IMG/VR virus record: IMGVR_UViG_3300005445_000001
Span: 1 to 64,000 of that record
Strand: one strand, 5' to 3'
DNA: 64,000 bases
From: a virus
Lineage: Duplodnaviria; Caudoviricetes
Shown: positions 35,922-46,127 of the stretch, piece after piece
Position numbering within the stretch: position 1 is the first letter of the stretch
Layout: every line of letters begins with the position of its first letter
Translations under genes and position numbers: made by a program
The notes under the pieces: generated by a model
The model's input: only the letters and a program-made list of their open reading frames with translations
What the model was told of the DNA's origin: nothing
Databases searched by the model: none

Positions 35922-38900
35922 GTTTGAGAGATTCGTGATTCGATCGGGAATGGAATCCTATGTCCGTCCCTTTCATACTCTTGAGGAAAGACTCGATCGA
36001 GGTCAGCTTGAAACTTTTCCGCATCATCTTCCCAAACCTCAAATACTGAAGCGTCGTGGACTTGGACGATTGGAAAAGCTTGCTTGTAGCAAGCACACAC
36101 CTCTATCATTCTCTCCATTCCTGTATTCATGATCGCCGCTCCGGTGGCTTGGGGGACAATGTTCAAAGCTTCGTTAGCATCGACATTTCCAAGAGGCCAC
36201 CAGCGCGTGCGACCGTCGACGAAATCGTAGAGTTTGAATGGATACGTGGAGGCCTTGAGCACCGTCTCGCGTTGCCAACGCACGACGCCTGCCATCCGGC
36301 GCATGAGCAAACCAACCGCGCGCTCGACATCAGCAAGCTTGAGATCGTAGCCATCCTTGAGGAGCGTCTTCCACAACGTGTCGATCGACCCACCATAAAA
36401 CGCGCCGTACTCGACATTTTTTGTGACCGAGCGAGCCCGTTTCTGTTCACCCTTGACGAGCTGATCCCAGTTCGTGAAGATCACCTTGGCGCATTCGGTG
36501 TGAACATCCTTGCCGGTCGCAAAGACGTCGAGTAGGAATGGATCGCCAGAGATGATCGCGATGATTCTCGCCTCTAGCTGAGCAAGATCGAAGCTCACAA
36601 ACTTGCGCCCGTGCCGTGCCACAAACTGTCGTTTGCTCGTCGGACGCTCAATCGCTGCGTATGCCTCCCCCTTATCGATGCATCTCTGAATGTCCTCGGG
36701 CTTGACCTTGTAGAACCCTCGAGACACCAAACCCCTTGCGAACAGGTTGGCATCCGTTTCACCCTCAAGTCGAACCGTCTTGATGAGCTCCTTGAGTGGA
36801 TTGGAGACAACCGGATCACGACTTGCCCAGCGGCCAGAGATCTTGTGAGTAGACCAAATGCTATGGCATCGATCGTTCTCGTCGCAGAATCCATACTGAA
36901 TGACGTCACCGCTAGCGGTGTACCGATCGAACATCGGCCAGATGAACGTGCCTAGCGCTTTGTCTTGCTCGCGGTACTTGAGAATGTTCCGAACGATCGG
37001 AAGGTGGGCCAGCGACTCGAGGATCTCTTTCTTCGTCGAGACCTCACCGGTTTCGGTCTTCTGATGGAGGCTCACGCCCATCGCTAGGAGCAACGCCGCA
37101 ATGTGCTTGCCGGCATTGATGTTCCACTTCCAGTCGGACTCGGTCTTCATCTCGCGCAAGCGAGCGTTGTATCGCTCCTCGTAGTCATCGGGATCGTCTT
37201 TGCGCTGCTTGCTCGCTTGCTGAATCGCAAGATGGTGGAAGATCGCTTCACGGATCTTGGGATCGGCTGCGGCATCATCTACCTTGCGACGTTCCTCGGC
37301 AGCGATCTTCGAGAACGAGTTGAGGAGCTCGGTGTTGACCTCACGACTCACCGGCATCCCATCGAGGTGCATCTGGCTCGCGAGCATCGCCATCTTGCGA
37401 TCGCGCTCGTAGACACGCTCGACGTTGTTTTTCTTCACCATGATCTCGAGCGGTGCACGTAGGGCTCGCGTGGCGAAGGTATCAAGCGCGTTGTACGTCG
37501 TCAGCTTTTCGGGCGTCTCCTCAGCATTCCTAAATTCCGACTTCCATGGTTGGATGCAAAAGAACTGCGTGGCGACGTTCTGCAACCGATGGCTCACCCC
37601 AGGAAACGCTGCGTGGTGAGCAAGAAGCGTGTCCGCGAAGCTAGTATCGTTGATGATGAAGCCGTACGCTCGAAACACCGTGTAGTCATAGAGCCCGTTG
37701 TGGAACGTCAATCGGACCTTGCCGAACAGCAGTTGCATCAAGCTGTGCGTCCACGCCGGTAGCAGATCCCACATCACAGAGACGGCACGATGCTCGGTCG
37801 CGAGCCCGAGCGCACGAATGCGAGCGACGTAGGCCATCAGCGCGTGATGACGATCCGGATCCTCGACGTAGGTCTCGAGGTCGATCGCGAGCTCGCCTTC
37901 CTTGAGCGCTTGCTCGAACATCTCGAGGAACAGCCGCAGCGCGCGATCGGCGTCGGTGAATTCGATCTCAATGTTGGGATGGAGCCTAAGGTCATCGCCT
38001 TTAGCGAGCCGATCGACCTTGAGCGCGTCGTACATCAAGTTGACGTAGGCAAGGTCTGGTGAGTGGGTGCCACCTATCGTCGCGCCACCTCCACGCAGTA
38101 GCGCCGCAGGGTGGATTGCGGGTATAAGAGGCCTAGGGCCAGAGCCATCCACATCGACGTCAAACGTCGCTGACATGATGTCGGTGATCTTGATCGGCTT
38201 CTTCTTTTTAGGCTTGACCTTGCCGCCGAGCTTCTTCTTGAGCTCTTTCTCCTTGAGTTTCTCGGCGTAGACGTCTGGTGCATCGGCCTTCACCTTTCGT
38301 TCGATCGCGGCTCGATCCTTCGCCATCTGCGCGATGATGTAGCGCTGGCTCGGCTTCCTACGATGAGCCTTCCAAATCTCATCGCGGATCTGTTTCTCTC
38401 GATAGAGAAGAACCTTCTTGAGGAGCTGCTTTTCGATTTTCTCGATCGCCTTTTTCTGGCGCGCAAGGAGCTTTGCCTCGATGCGCTGACGATCCTTCTG
38501 TCCACGCTTCATCTTCTTCGGCGCATCGGGCGGATCGATCGCGTCGAGCACGGCCTTAGGAATCACCGACCGCGCTGCGACCGCACCGAGCGTCAAGATC
38601 GGCTTGCCGGGCCATTGCGCGAGCTCGCGTCTGAGCCTCTCCTTGCAGGCCTCAGCCGCTTTCTCTCGTAGATGCTCAGCCGATCCATACGGGGGCATGC
38701 AAAGAGTACTGTTAAGGATGGCGACCTGTTCTCGAGGTCGACCGATCTTCGCGAGCAGCTTGTTGACGACTTGCCCAGACTGGCCGACGAATGGCCGTTT
38801 GAGCATGATTTCTGTTCGGCCCGGGCCTTCGCCAATTAGAATCCACTTCGGATTCTCAGGGAACTCAGAGAACACAGGCTTGGTAGGAACCCCGCACGTA

Positions 38901-38992
38901 GAGAACGGACATTCGTCGCACTTGGCTCCATCAGCCGTGCCACGTAGAACCGGAAGCGCAATGCGCTCCGGTGCCGTTTGTGCTGTAGCCAT
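35903..38992 (-). CDS. polA: Family A DNA polymerase with N-terminal uracil-DNA glycosylase and 3'-5' exonuclease domains
   Basis: UDG: [20 protein letters not shown]; exo: IDLET, HNGLYD, YNALD; pol: [22 protein letters not shown]. Confidence 0.95.
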   Translation of the reverse strand: MATAQTAPERIALPVLRGTADGAKCDECPFSTCGVPTKPVFSEFPENPKWILIGEGPGRTEIMLKRPFVGQSGQVVNKLLAKIGRPREQVAILNSTLCMPPYGSAEHLREKAAEACKERLRRELAQWPGKPILTLGAVAARSVIPKAVLDAIDPPDAPKKMKRGQKDRQRIEAKLLARQKKAIEKIEKQLLKKVLLYREKQIRDEIWKAHRRKPSQRYIIAQMAKDRAAIERKVKADAPDVYAEKLKEKELKKKLGGKVKPKKKKPIKITDIMSATFDVDVDGSGPRPLIPAIHPAALLRGGGATIGGTHSPDLAYVNLMYDALKVDRLAKGDDLRLHPNIEIEFTDADRALRLFLEMFEQALKEGELAIDLETYVEDPDRHHALMAYVARIRALGLATEHRAVSVMWDLLPAWTHSLMQLLFGKVRLTFHNGLYDYTVFRAYGFIINDTSFADTLLAHHAAFPGVSHRLQNVATQFFCIQPWKSEFRNAEETPEKLTTYNALDTFATRALRAPLEIMVKKNNVERVYERDRKMAMLASQMHLDGMPVSREVNTELLNSFSKIAAEERRKVDDAAADPKIREAIFHHLAIQQASKQRKDDPDDYEERYNARLREMKTESDWKWNINAGKHIAALLLAMGVSLHQKTETGEVSTKKEILESLAHLPIVRNILKYREQDKALGTFIWPMFDRYTASGDVIQYGFCDENDRCHSIWSTHKISGRWASRDPVVSNPLKELIKTVRLEGETDANLFARGLVSRGFYKVKPEDIQRCIDKGEAYAAIERPTSKRQFVARHGRKFVSFDLAQLEARIIAIISGDPFLLDVFATGKDVHTECAKVIFTNWDQLVKGEQKRARSVTKNVEYGAFYGGSIDTLWKTLLKDGYDLKLADVERAVGLLMRRMAGVVRWQRETVLKASTYPFKLYDFVDGRTRWWPLGNVDANEALNIVPQATGAAIMNTGMERMIEVCACYKQAFPIVQVHDASVFEVWEDDAEKFQADLDRVFPQEYERDGHRIPFPIESRISQTWARAA

Positions 38993-38998
38993 TGCTGG

Positions 38999-39559
38999 CT
39001 ATTCGGGCTCTGAGCTCGCGGCTTCGATCTGCCGCACCACGACCGACGAACGGATCCCGAGTGAAGCAGCGAAGCCACCTGGCCAACCATTCGGTGATGG
39101 ACCCGCATCGACTAGCTCGGCGAGCATTTGTGGATCATCCACAAGTCGCGAGCCGCGACGAAGGTACACAACGAGGCGTTCACCAAGATCGACTTGGACA
39201 ATGCGACCAGAGCGCGCGAGCGACTGCAAGTGGTAACGCAGCTGGCGCATCGCCGTGTCTTCGCGTTCGGCGAGCGATCCATACTCATCGAGCACGTCTT
39301 GGTAGATCTCGAAGGAGCGCTTGGGAATCGTGTCGCTCAAGCAAGCCTCGATGAGCTCGTCGAGGATCTCCGAAGAAGATTTCTTCCAAGGCTCGCGCAG
39401 CGGTTCGGTTGGTTTCGTCTTGCGTCTTCGCAAGCACAGTCCATGTGACAGCGCCTTGATCGCAGCTAGCGGCGCATCATGTGCTGGATGAATTTCTTCG
39501 CGGTCGCAGTCCTCGTCACGACAAATCTTCGACGGATCTAGATCCTCTTCTGCGTACAT
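38999..39559 (-). CDS. Hypothetical protein, possible winged helix
   Basis: LRYHLQSLARSGRIVQV. Confidence 0.55.
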   Translation of the reverse strand: MYAEEDLDPSKICRDEDCDREEIHPAHDAPLAAIKALSHGLCLRRRKTKPTEPLREPWKKSSSEILDELIEACLSDTIPKRSFEIYQDVLDEYGSLAEREDTAMRQLRYHLQSLARSGRIVQVDLGERLVVYLRRGSRLVDDPQMLAELVDAGPSPNGWPGGFAASLGIRSSVVVRQIEAASSEPE

Positions 39560-39726
39560 GTACCCGCCCCCGGGGTTGATGTGGTGGCCCGATCGACATT
39601 CGGGCTTTTGGTCACGTGAGCAACACGATCACGGAGCCTCTAAGATAACCTGACCCGGGGAGAATCCGTTAGGATCTTGATCTGGCAAGGTTATGCCAGG
39701 GGTAACCGCTCTTACTTACGCGTCGC

Positions 39727-40194
39727 CTAAGCCCTCACCCTGGCTGAGATCACCCTATCGAGAATTTTGTGAGATCTCGGTCGAAAGTGATGGTGGAGAT
39801 CGCACGCATCGACACCTCGCCGCACGAACACGTGGCCTCGACGACACGCTCGAACGAGTCCTAGACCACCACCATACGCAAGGTCGGCGCACCATTCATT
39901 GCCGCGACAGATCGACAGCCACTGCTTCCAGTGCACCGCTCCGGTCAAGTAGCCACCGACGAGCGACGTCTCGAACCTTGAGCACGGCGATCGATGAGGA
40001 ACTGGTGTCAACGCTCCGCAGCTCACGCGGCCTCCAGGTTCACGCGTGATGACGTTCGCCGTGAACCTCGACTCGTGCCATGCGATCGCGAGCAACCGCT
40101 CGTGAGACACGCCCGTGATGAGCTCGGCGAACCGTGCAGCCGCTTCGTGATCGCGTGGAGAGGATAGGAACAGACACAAGATGAAGATTTTCAT
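39727..40194 (-). CDS. Lytic transglycosylase-like secreted protein
   Basis: Signal-like N-terminus; LLAIAWHESRF resembles SLT catalytic ES motif. Confidence 0.55.
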   Translation of the reverse strand: MKIFILCLFLSSPRDHEAAARFAELITGVSHERLLAIAWHESRFTANVITREPGGRVSCGALTPVPHRSPCSRFETSLVGGYLTGAVHWKQWLSICRGNEWCADLAYGGGLGLVRACRRGHVFVRRGVDACDLHHHFRPRSHKILDRVISARVRA

Positions 40195-40210
40195 CTTGCC
40201 TACATAACGC

Positions 40211-40497
40211 AACGGGCCCGCCTAGGCGAGCCCGTTTCGTGCCTCTCGATGGTCAGTCTTCTAGGCTGAATCTCTCACAGGCCATCGTCCCGTGCTACGT
40301 GGGAGCCTGTTCCACTCGCAGGCAACTATAGATCCTTCGATCGACGCTCGTGAAGCTAGTGAATCAGCTTGCGCTGCCGATGGTGTTCCACCGAGTCACG
40401 AACGGCTGTCCCGGGTTGCTGAAAAGGATCGTCGACGGTGATTGGCTGTCTCCAGCCATTGGTGAGGGAGTTGTCTTGCGATGAGATCACCATCGAC
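40211..40497 (-). ncRNA. Candidate structured non-coding RNA
   Basis: Nested stems, GAGA and GCAA tetraloops, and three + strand C-A mismatches that become G-U pairs on the minus strand. Confidence 0.6.
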
Positions 40498-40504
40498 GAA
40501 AACG

Positions 40505-41053
40505 TTACGCGCGACGAGCAGCGCCCGCGGTGCTGTTCGCCGGCTTCGCTGCCGGCGCTGCAGCCTTCCCCTTGTTCGCAACCGGCGGCGTCGCTGCCGG
40601 AGCCGCTGCCGCTGGCGCATCCTCGAGCGGGCGCTCGGAGACGACGTTCGCGAACGTCTTGGCTTCCTGCATCTGGCCCGTCGCCGGGTCGACGCGCGCA
40701 TCACCTTGGCGATGAACGATCGTCGCGCGAAGCCGCGCGCCCATGATCTCCGACGCCCGGAACTTGTCGAGCGACGCGCCGCACGCAACCATGAGGGTCT
40801 TCAGACGACCCCATGACTGCTTGAGCAGCGAGTAGTTCCCCCACGCGCGCGAGCCAGCATGCGGACTGTCCGAATCCTCGGGGACCTGAAACGTCACCAC
40901 GATCATCGGGTTGTTCTTGCTCGATGGCTTCTGCTCGACTTTGATCACGTCGAACGTGTAGTCACCGGGCGGGATGAGCTGGAAGCTTCCATCCATCTCG
41001 GGGACGTCGGTCAGGTCGATCTCTACTTCGAAATCTGCGAATTCTGCGGCCAT
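40505..41053 (-). CDS. DUF669 family ssDNA-binding-like protein
   Basis: AGGAG RBS; LIPPGDYTFDV..SSKNNPMIVVTF. Confidence 0.8.
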   Translation of the reverse strand: MAAEFADFEVEIDLTDVPEMDGSFQLIPPGDYTFDVIKVEQKPSSKNNPMIVVTFQVPEDSDSPHAGSRAWGNYSLLKQSWGRLKTLMVACGASLDKFRASEIMGARLRATIVHRQGDARVDPATGQMQEAKTFANVVSERPLEDAPAAAAPAATPPVANKGKAAAPAAKPANSTAGAARRA

Positions 41054-41075
41054 TGCTGTTTCTCCTGTTGGTTTT

Positions 41076-41960
41076 CTACTTGCGAACGATAGCCGGCGCG
41101 GATCCACCGCTCGCGGCCTTGGAAACTTGCTTGATGACGATCGGCGGTTGCGCGGCCTTCGCTGCAACGGGCGGCGTCGCGGGCGCAGCTACGGTGATCG
41201 ATGAGAACCTAGGCGTTGCAGCGATCTTCGGCAACGCAGCACGAAGCGCGCCGACGTCGTAGCCAAGCTCGGTGAGAAATGTCGAATAGGTGCCGACCAG
41301 CGGATCAGGTGGCATCGCGCGATCGCTCATTCCTCGACGGTGACCGACGAGGTAGCTCGCGTAGCGCTTCGTGCGAACCTCGAACTTGGTGCCGTTGACG
41401 CGCGAATACCAGATGTAGTCACACGCCCCAGCAATCTGATCCTTGGCTCGTCCAGCGATCAGCGGCTTGCCAAGCGGCTCGTCTTCACTTGGATCTTGAA
41501 CGAGCGCCAGCCAAACCACGTTGACGCCCAAGGAGTGAAGATCAACGCGAACCTGTCTCATGTGCGCGCCAAGGTCACCATACGCACGACGATTGTCCGC
41601 CTTAGTCATCGCACCCATGATCGTCGCGAGCGCGAGCTCGGCGTAGAACGTCGCCGAGTCGATACCGATGGTCAACACACGACCCGACGCGATAAGTTGC
41701 TTGAGCCGCGGGATCGCCTGCGTCTTGATGTCGCCGGTGTTCTCGATCGCCCACACGATCGGCTTCACGCCGGGCTCGAACAGGTGTTCGTCTGGGATGT
41801 CGATCAGCGACTCCCAACCTTTCTCCGTCGAGTCGGAGAGGATCAACGGACGCGGGAAGCTCGCAAGGAATGTGGTCTTGCCAGTGCGCAACGCCCCATA
41901 GATCAGGAACGTATTGATCGGCAGCTTGTTCTCGTCGGCGACCAGATCGATCTCACGCAT
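41076..41960 (-). CDS. AAA_24 / Sak4-like ATPase
   Basis: LIYGALRTGKTT Walker A; IGIDSAT Walker B. Confidence 0.8.
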   Translation of the reverse strand: MREIDLVADENKLPINTFLIYGALRTGKTTFLASFPRPLILSDSTEKGWESLIDIPDEHLFEPGVKPIVWAIENTGDIKTQAIPRLKQLIASGRVLTIGIDSATFYAELALATIMGAMTKADNRRAYGDLGAHMRQVRVDLHSLGVNVVWLALVQDPSEDEPLGKPLIAGRAKDQIAGACDYIWYSRVNGTKFEVRTKRYASYLVGHRRGMSDRAMPPDPLVGTYSTFLTELGYDVGALRAALPKIAATPRFSSITVAAPATPPVAAKAAQPPIVIKQVSKAASGGSAPAIVRK

Positions 41961-42444
41961 TGCGCTGCTTCCTTCGCGGACCACGCCCACGCGCGGCGAC
42001 GTTGTGCACCGCGTGCACCTCTTGGATCGCGCACCGCTCGTCACGGCACGGAACGAAATCAGGGTTGTCGAGCAAGTCATCCTCGCTTGGAGGAACTGGC
42101 TGATCGATGTGTAGTTGACGGTTGTCCATTGCCCCGTTCAAGGGTTGTATCACCTCATGGGGAGACTTCAGGGCCTTCATCATTTTTCCGTTCTCGAGAC
42201 TGAGCTCATACACCTCTTTAGCCAACCTCGACGAGTACTCCTTCAAATGAACCACTTGACCCTGAAGCTCTAGAACCTGCTTCTGCAGATCGTTGGTCTC
42301 ATAGACCCGAGGCGCGTAGTCGCCGATCCCGGTCCGCCACGCGATCAGCTCGCGAATCAATTCGACCGGATCATCCTCGATTTGATCCTTGTAGTTTGGG
42401 TCATGAAGGTAGAGGAAGCGCTTCGCACGCTCTACCGGATTCAT
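41953..42444 (-). CDS. Coiled-coil hypothetical protein
   Basis: Heptad-rich middle. Confidence 0.55.
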   Translation of the reverse strand: MNPVERAKRFLYLHDPNYKDQIEDDPVELIRELIAWRTGIGDYAPRVYETNDLQKQVLELQGQVVHLKEYSSRLAKEVYELSLENGKMMKALKSPHEVIQPLNGAMDNRQLHIDQPVPPSEDDLLDNPDFVPCRDERCAIQEVHAVHNVAARGRGPRRKQRNA

Positions 42445-42659
42445 CGCTCGGCCGTCCGATTGATCTCATCGTCGACACGGATCTCCTTCACACCGATATG
42501 GCCTTCCGATTGATAGAACACGCTCGCGCGAGCTCGAATCTCAGGAAAGCCCGTCGAGCGAAGATGATCTTGGATCATCGCAGCGATCTGATCGGCTCGA
42601 GTCCAATCAACGTCGCCAACGACAGGTAGATCTACAGCAACGGTTACATAGCTCTTCAT
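42441..42659 (-). CDS. Hypothetical protein
   Basis: ATGA overlaps. Confidence 0.5.
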   Translation of the reverse strand: MKSYVTVAVDLPVVGDVDWTRADQIAAMIQDHLRSTGFPEIRARASVFYQSEGHIGVKEIRVDDEINRTAER

Positions 42660-42916
42660 CCGGGATCCTCTAATTCTCGACGGTTGATCTTGTTCGGCTT
42701 GCTCACTAGCTTGATGCGTGAGTCAGGAACGCCCAAGATTCGCCACGTTGAAGTCTTGCCATTGAATTCGACCTTGATCAGCTCTGCATCATCGTGAAGT
42801 CGAACCCAATGTCCCTTGTCGGGCTCGAGCCCAACGTACGTAGCGCGCTCCCACTTGCACCAACGATGCGTGTTGCGCCGAACCCAAACGAGTTGACCTT
42901 CGGTGAAGCTCTTCAC
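42656..42916 (-). CDS. Hypothetical protein (SH3/Tudor-like pattern)
   Basis: FTEGQLVWVR..WERAT. Confidence 0.5.
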   Translation of the reverse strand: MKSFTEGQLVWVRRNTHRWCKWERATYVGLEPDKGHWVRLHDDAELIKVEFNGKTSTWRILGVPDSRIKLVSKPNKINRRELEDPG

Positions 42917-44034
42917 GATTCACCCGAACTGCAGTGGTTGAACTCTTGGCACGTGCCGAAGCGGTTCGCACAATTGTTGCGGGCTCGCGGCCAACTGTTA
43001 TTGGCCCTCGAGAGCTGGATCAGTCCTTCCCACCGTCGAAGATCTTCCTTGTGCTGCTCGAGTTGGAAGCTCGTCGGAGCCACTAGCGTACGATGAAATT
43101 GTGGCTCCTTTTGCGTGCCGCAGAGATTCATGATCACGCCTTGGAGCTCACCGAACCGCTTGTCTAGGCCAAGCCGCTTCCAAAGCATCACCTGACCCAA
43201 CACCTCCCCGTCATTTCCCCAGCCGTTTACGAAGAAGTCGTCAAAGCGACCTGAGCTCTTGTGCTCGACGATGTACGTCCCTGCAGGTCGACCTTCGATC
43301 GCCTCGGCGTAGAACCCAACCAAGTCGAACCGGCATGATTCGTTCGTGCGCGGATCACGAAGGTTGTACTCCACAGCAAGCGTCTGGATCGGATCGTGTT
43401 GGTACAGAAACGTGTAGAGGTAGAAGACGCGGTAGCCTTCATCGACGAGTGCCGGATCTGCCTCGGAGCGCATCCGATCGCGAAACGTCTCCGGCGTGAG
43501 TGGATAGTCCGGCTTGATCGTCCGTAGGTACCAGATCGCGAGCAGCGCGTGGATGATCGAGCCGATCGCCAGCGCCGGAGACTCCTTGTAGCTCGGCGTC
43601 GACGTTGAGACATAGACCGTCGGCCGATCGTACTTCCGTTTCCACAGATACGGACAACGTTGGTAGACGCCAAACGAGCTCCAACCTCGTCCGGTTGATG
43701 CACCACCAAGACGCGGCACGTTGTGCTCGGCAAACGCCTTGTGCATCACGCTATCGACCGTTGGGTAGACGGTGACAGGAACCGCGAGCTCGGAGAGAAA
43801 GTCGTCGTCGGAACCTTGAGGCTGAGACGGATCTTCAAGATCCTCTTCTTCGATGGCGACGCCGAACCGATCGGTGAACTTGACGAGACAGCCGTTCGCT
43901 TTGTTGGCCGCGTTGGGATGAATCTGGAAGCCGTTCGTGCGCGCGTAGTCGCTCGATGCAGGCCAGAGCTTGCGACCGCAGAGCAAACAATTCGACTTGA
44001 TCACGTTCATCTGAAGTTGTCGTCTCCATCCCAT
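42913..44034 (-). CDS. PD-(D/E)XK (Cas4/RecB-like) nuclease
   Basis: CPYLW, RFDLV, IVEHKSS, C-terminal CANRFGTCQEFNHC. Confidence 0.8.
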   Translation of the reverse strand: MGWRRQLQMNVIKSNCLLCGRKLWPASSDYARTNGFQIHPNAANKANGCLVKFTDRFGVAIEEEDLEDPSQPQGSDDDFLSELAVPVTVYPTVDSVMHKAFAEHNVPRLGGASTGRGWSSFGVYQRCPYLWKRKYDRPTVYVSTSTPSYKESPALAIGSIIHALLAIWYLRTIKPDYPLTPETFRDRMRSEADPALVDEGYRVFYLYTFLYQHDPIQTLAVEYNLRDPRTNESCRFDLVGFYAEAIEGRPAGTYIVEHKSSGRFDDFFVNGWGNDGEVLGQVMLWKRLGLDKRFGELQGVIMNLCGTQKEPQFHRTLVAPTSFQLEQHKEDLRRWEGLIQLSRANNSWPRARNNCANRFGTCQEFNHCSSGES

Positions 44035-44450
44035 TCTCGACGCACTTTATCAGGGGGGTCCGACACCGAATCGTGGGTCACGATTTGGCGATCGTGGGTT
44101 GCGATTTGGCGAGCGAGCGCCGCGACGTAACACTCCGTTCTAGATGCAACAGCAACGTAAGACTGTCCGCAGTAGCAACACGGCATGTCGACATCGTCAT
44201 CGAACATGTGCCAGCAGTGATCCTCTTCGACAGCTCTCGGCAGATGTCCACCTAGCCCAATTCCTTGTACCAGATCTGCAGCAATCTCCGCTGCACGGAT
44301 CTCGATCTGCACCTCGGGTGGAGAATCATTTGAAGGACCAGGTGATACCCAACCATTGCACCATGGGCACCACTTAGAAGAAACGACACCATACTCAGTG
44401 CGGACCGTCATAGTCCGCATGAAACAAGGATTGTGTTTACAACGCATCAA
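44007..44450 (-). CDS. Hypothetical Zn-binding protein
   Basis: CPWC and CCYC. Confidence 0.5.
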   Translation of the reverse strand: MMRCKHNPCFMRTMTVRTEYGVVSSKWCPWCNGWVSPGPSNDSPPEVQIEIRAAEIAADLVQGIGLGGHLPRAVEEDHCWHMFDDDVDMPCCYCGQSYVAVASRTECYVAALARQIATHDRQIVTHDSVSDPPDKVRREWDGDDNFR

Positions 44451-46036
44451 TCCTCCCCCTCGTAGGCGTCGCTCGCGAGCATGTCATCAAGGAAGCGGGC
44501 CATGTCTCCCTCGTCCTTTTCGCCGAACACGTGGAGCCGAAGTGCATCGATCGCATCGACCGCGGCACCTACGCCGAGCGGCTCGCTCGCGCCGAGCTTG
44601 TTCACGAGCGCGCGCACGATTCGCTGATCCACGACATGATCGGCGACGACGTACGTCACGCTGAGTGGCCGATCGGGCCGGTAGCAGCGCATCTCGGCTT
44701 GGCCAATGATCGCCGGCGTGTAGTCGAGCTCGGCGAAGATCTCATACTTGGCGTGTGAGAGATCGATGCCAACCTGCGCGACCGGCATCGTTGAGATCAA
44801 CGCCATCGGTCTCGGTGAGGCCTTCCATGCGGCGATGATTTCCTCGCGATCGTCGACGGGAAAATCGCCGTGGATCATGTGGCACTGTTCGCCCAAATAA
44901 TCGCGGATTTTCTCGGCGAACTGGCGATGCCACGTCCAGATCACGACCGGCTCGCCGTTCTCGATGCATCGTTGAGCTTCGATGACCGTCGCGGCGAGCT
45001 TGAGCGAGCTCAACTCCTTGCGGTAGTGAGCCATGTTGCCGACGGTGTTCGTCCGCTCGGTGCGTAGCTTGCCCGCAAGCACGTCGAGCTTGCGTCGCAT
45101 CGTCTCATTGACTTCGGCGACGACCACGTTTCGCGTGATCGGTGGAAGGTCGTCCTGCACGTCCTTCCACAACCGCCGCAACATGATCTCGGTGAGCCGC
45201 AACTTGAGCTCGTCCTCGTTAGAGATTCCCGTGAACCTCGTGCCGTACGCGCTTGGCTGAGGAGCTCCGTAGCGCATGCAGAAATCCCAATGGCTCCCCC
45301 ACGCGCCGGGCTCGCAGAGGCCGAGCACGTGCCACAGATTCGGCGGTAGGTTCCAAATCGGCGTGGCGGTCATCGCGATCACGCGCTCTGCGCACATCGC
45401 GAGCACACTTGCTGCGTTCGAGCGCAACGTCTTGGGATTCGTCAGCATGTGCGCCTCGTCGAAGATCACCGTCCCCGGTGCCATCGGCGCCTGCCAGCGC
45501 GTGATGATGTTGTAGTGCGCAAAGATGATCGGCTTCCGCACCACCTCAGGATCGAACTTGCTGCCGAGGCACACGCCGATCTCGAGCGCAGGAAACGCGC
45601 GCTTGAGCCAACCGAGCCAGACCGCGCGTGTCATGAGTGGAGCAACCACAATGAGCTTGCCGCTCAACGGATCGTGGCTCATGATCGCTGCGAGCGTCTT
45701 TCCGACGCGCATCTCGTCGCCAAGGAGTGTTCCTCGTCGACGAGTGATGAAATCTACGGCCTGATGCTGATGTCGCCTGAGCTTGAAGCCAAGCGGCTCG
45801 GTCGCGTCATCGCGCATTCGCCAAGCTTGTTGGTCTCGGAGCTCGGTCTGCCAACGTGGTGTGGGCGTCGTGGCACCAAGCAACGGTAGATGGGTTCGAT
45901 GGATGAGCATTCGCTCGTTGCCCATCACCACGGGCGTGTAGTCGACGCCTGGTGAGAAGTTGAGCTGATCCTTCGCTGACGTGGGGACCCAAAACCAACC
46001 GCGCTTGGGCCCCGGACGAGGGTCGATCACTTCCAC
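44447..46036 (-). CDS. SNF2/HARP-like helicase
   Basis: LLGDEMRVGKT, IFDEAH, MTATP, GIDL, QAEMRCYR. Confidence 0.9.
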   Translation of the reverse strand: MEVIDPRPGPKRGWFWVPTSAKDQLNFSPGVDYTPVVMGNERMLIHRTHLPLLGATTPTPRWQTELRDQQAWRMRDDATEPLGFKLRRHQHQAVDFITRRRGTLLGDEMRVGKTLAAIMSHDPLSGKLIVVAPLMTRAVWLGWLKRAFPALEIGVCLGSKFDPEVVRKPIIFAHYNIITRWQAPMAPGTVIFDEAHMLTNPKTLRSNAASVLAMCAERVIAMTATPIWNLPPNLWHVLGLCEPGAWGSHWDFCMRYGAPQPSAYGTRFTGISNEDELKLRLTEIMLRRLWKDVQDDLPPITRNVVVAEVNETMRRKLDVLAGKLRTERTNTVGNMAHYRKELSSLKLAATVIEAQRCIENGEPVVIWTWHRQFAEKIRDYLGEQCHMIHGDFPVDDREEIIAAWKASPRPMALISTMPVAQVGIDLSHAKYEIFAELDYTPAIIGQAEMRCYRPDRPLSVTYVVADHVVDQRIVRALVNKLGASEPLGVGAAVDAIDALRLHVFGEKDEGDMARFLDDMLASDAYEGED

Positions 46037-46127
46037 CAGAAGAGTAGAACACGCTGCGAGGAGAACCTTTCCTCCGTAGCTCTCTGAGGTTACGCCTCCC
46101 CGTGAAAGGGTAGGCTGTTCGCTCTGG

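Noticed and set aside
40211-40260. Second hammerhead (CUGA...GAAA plus hairpin on minus strand)
   Set aside because: CUGACCA does not fit CUGANGA and no stem I forms.
40379-40425. tRNA-like end (GTTCG...ACCA on minus strand)
   Set aside because: No acceptor stem or anticodon arm; treated as part of the larger RNA candidate.
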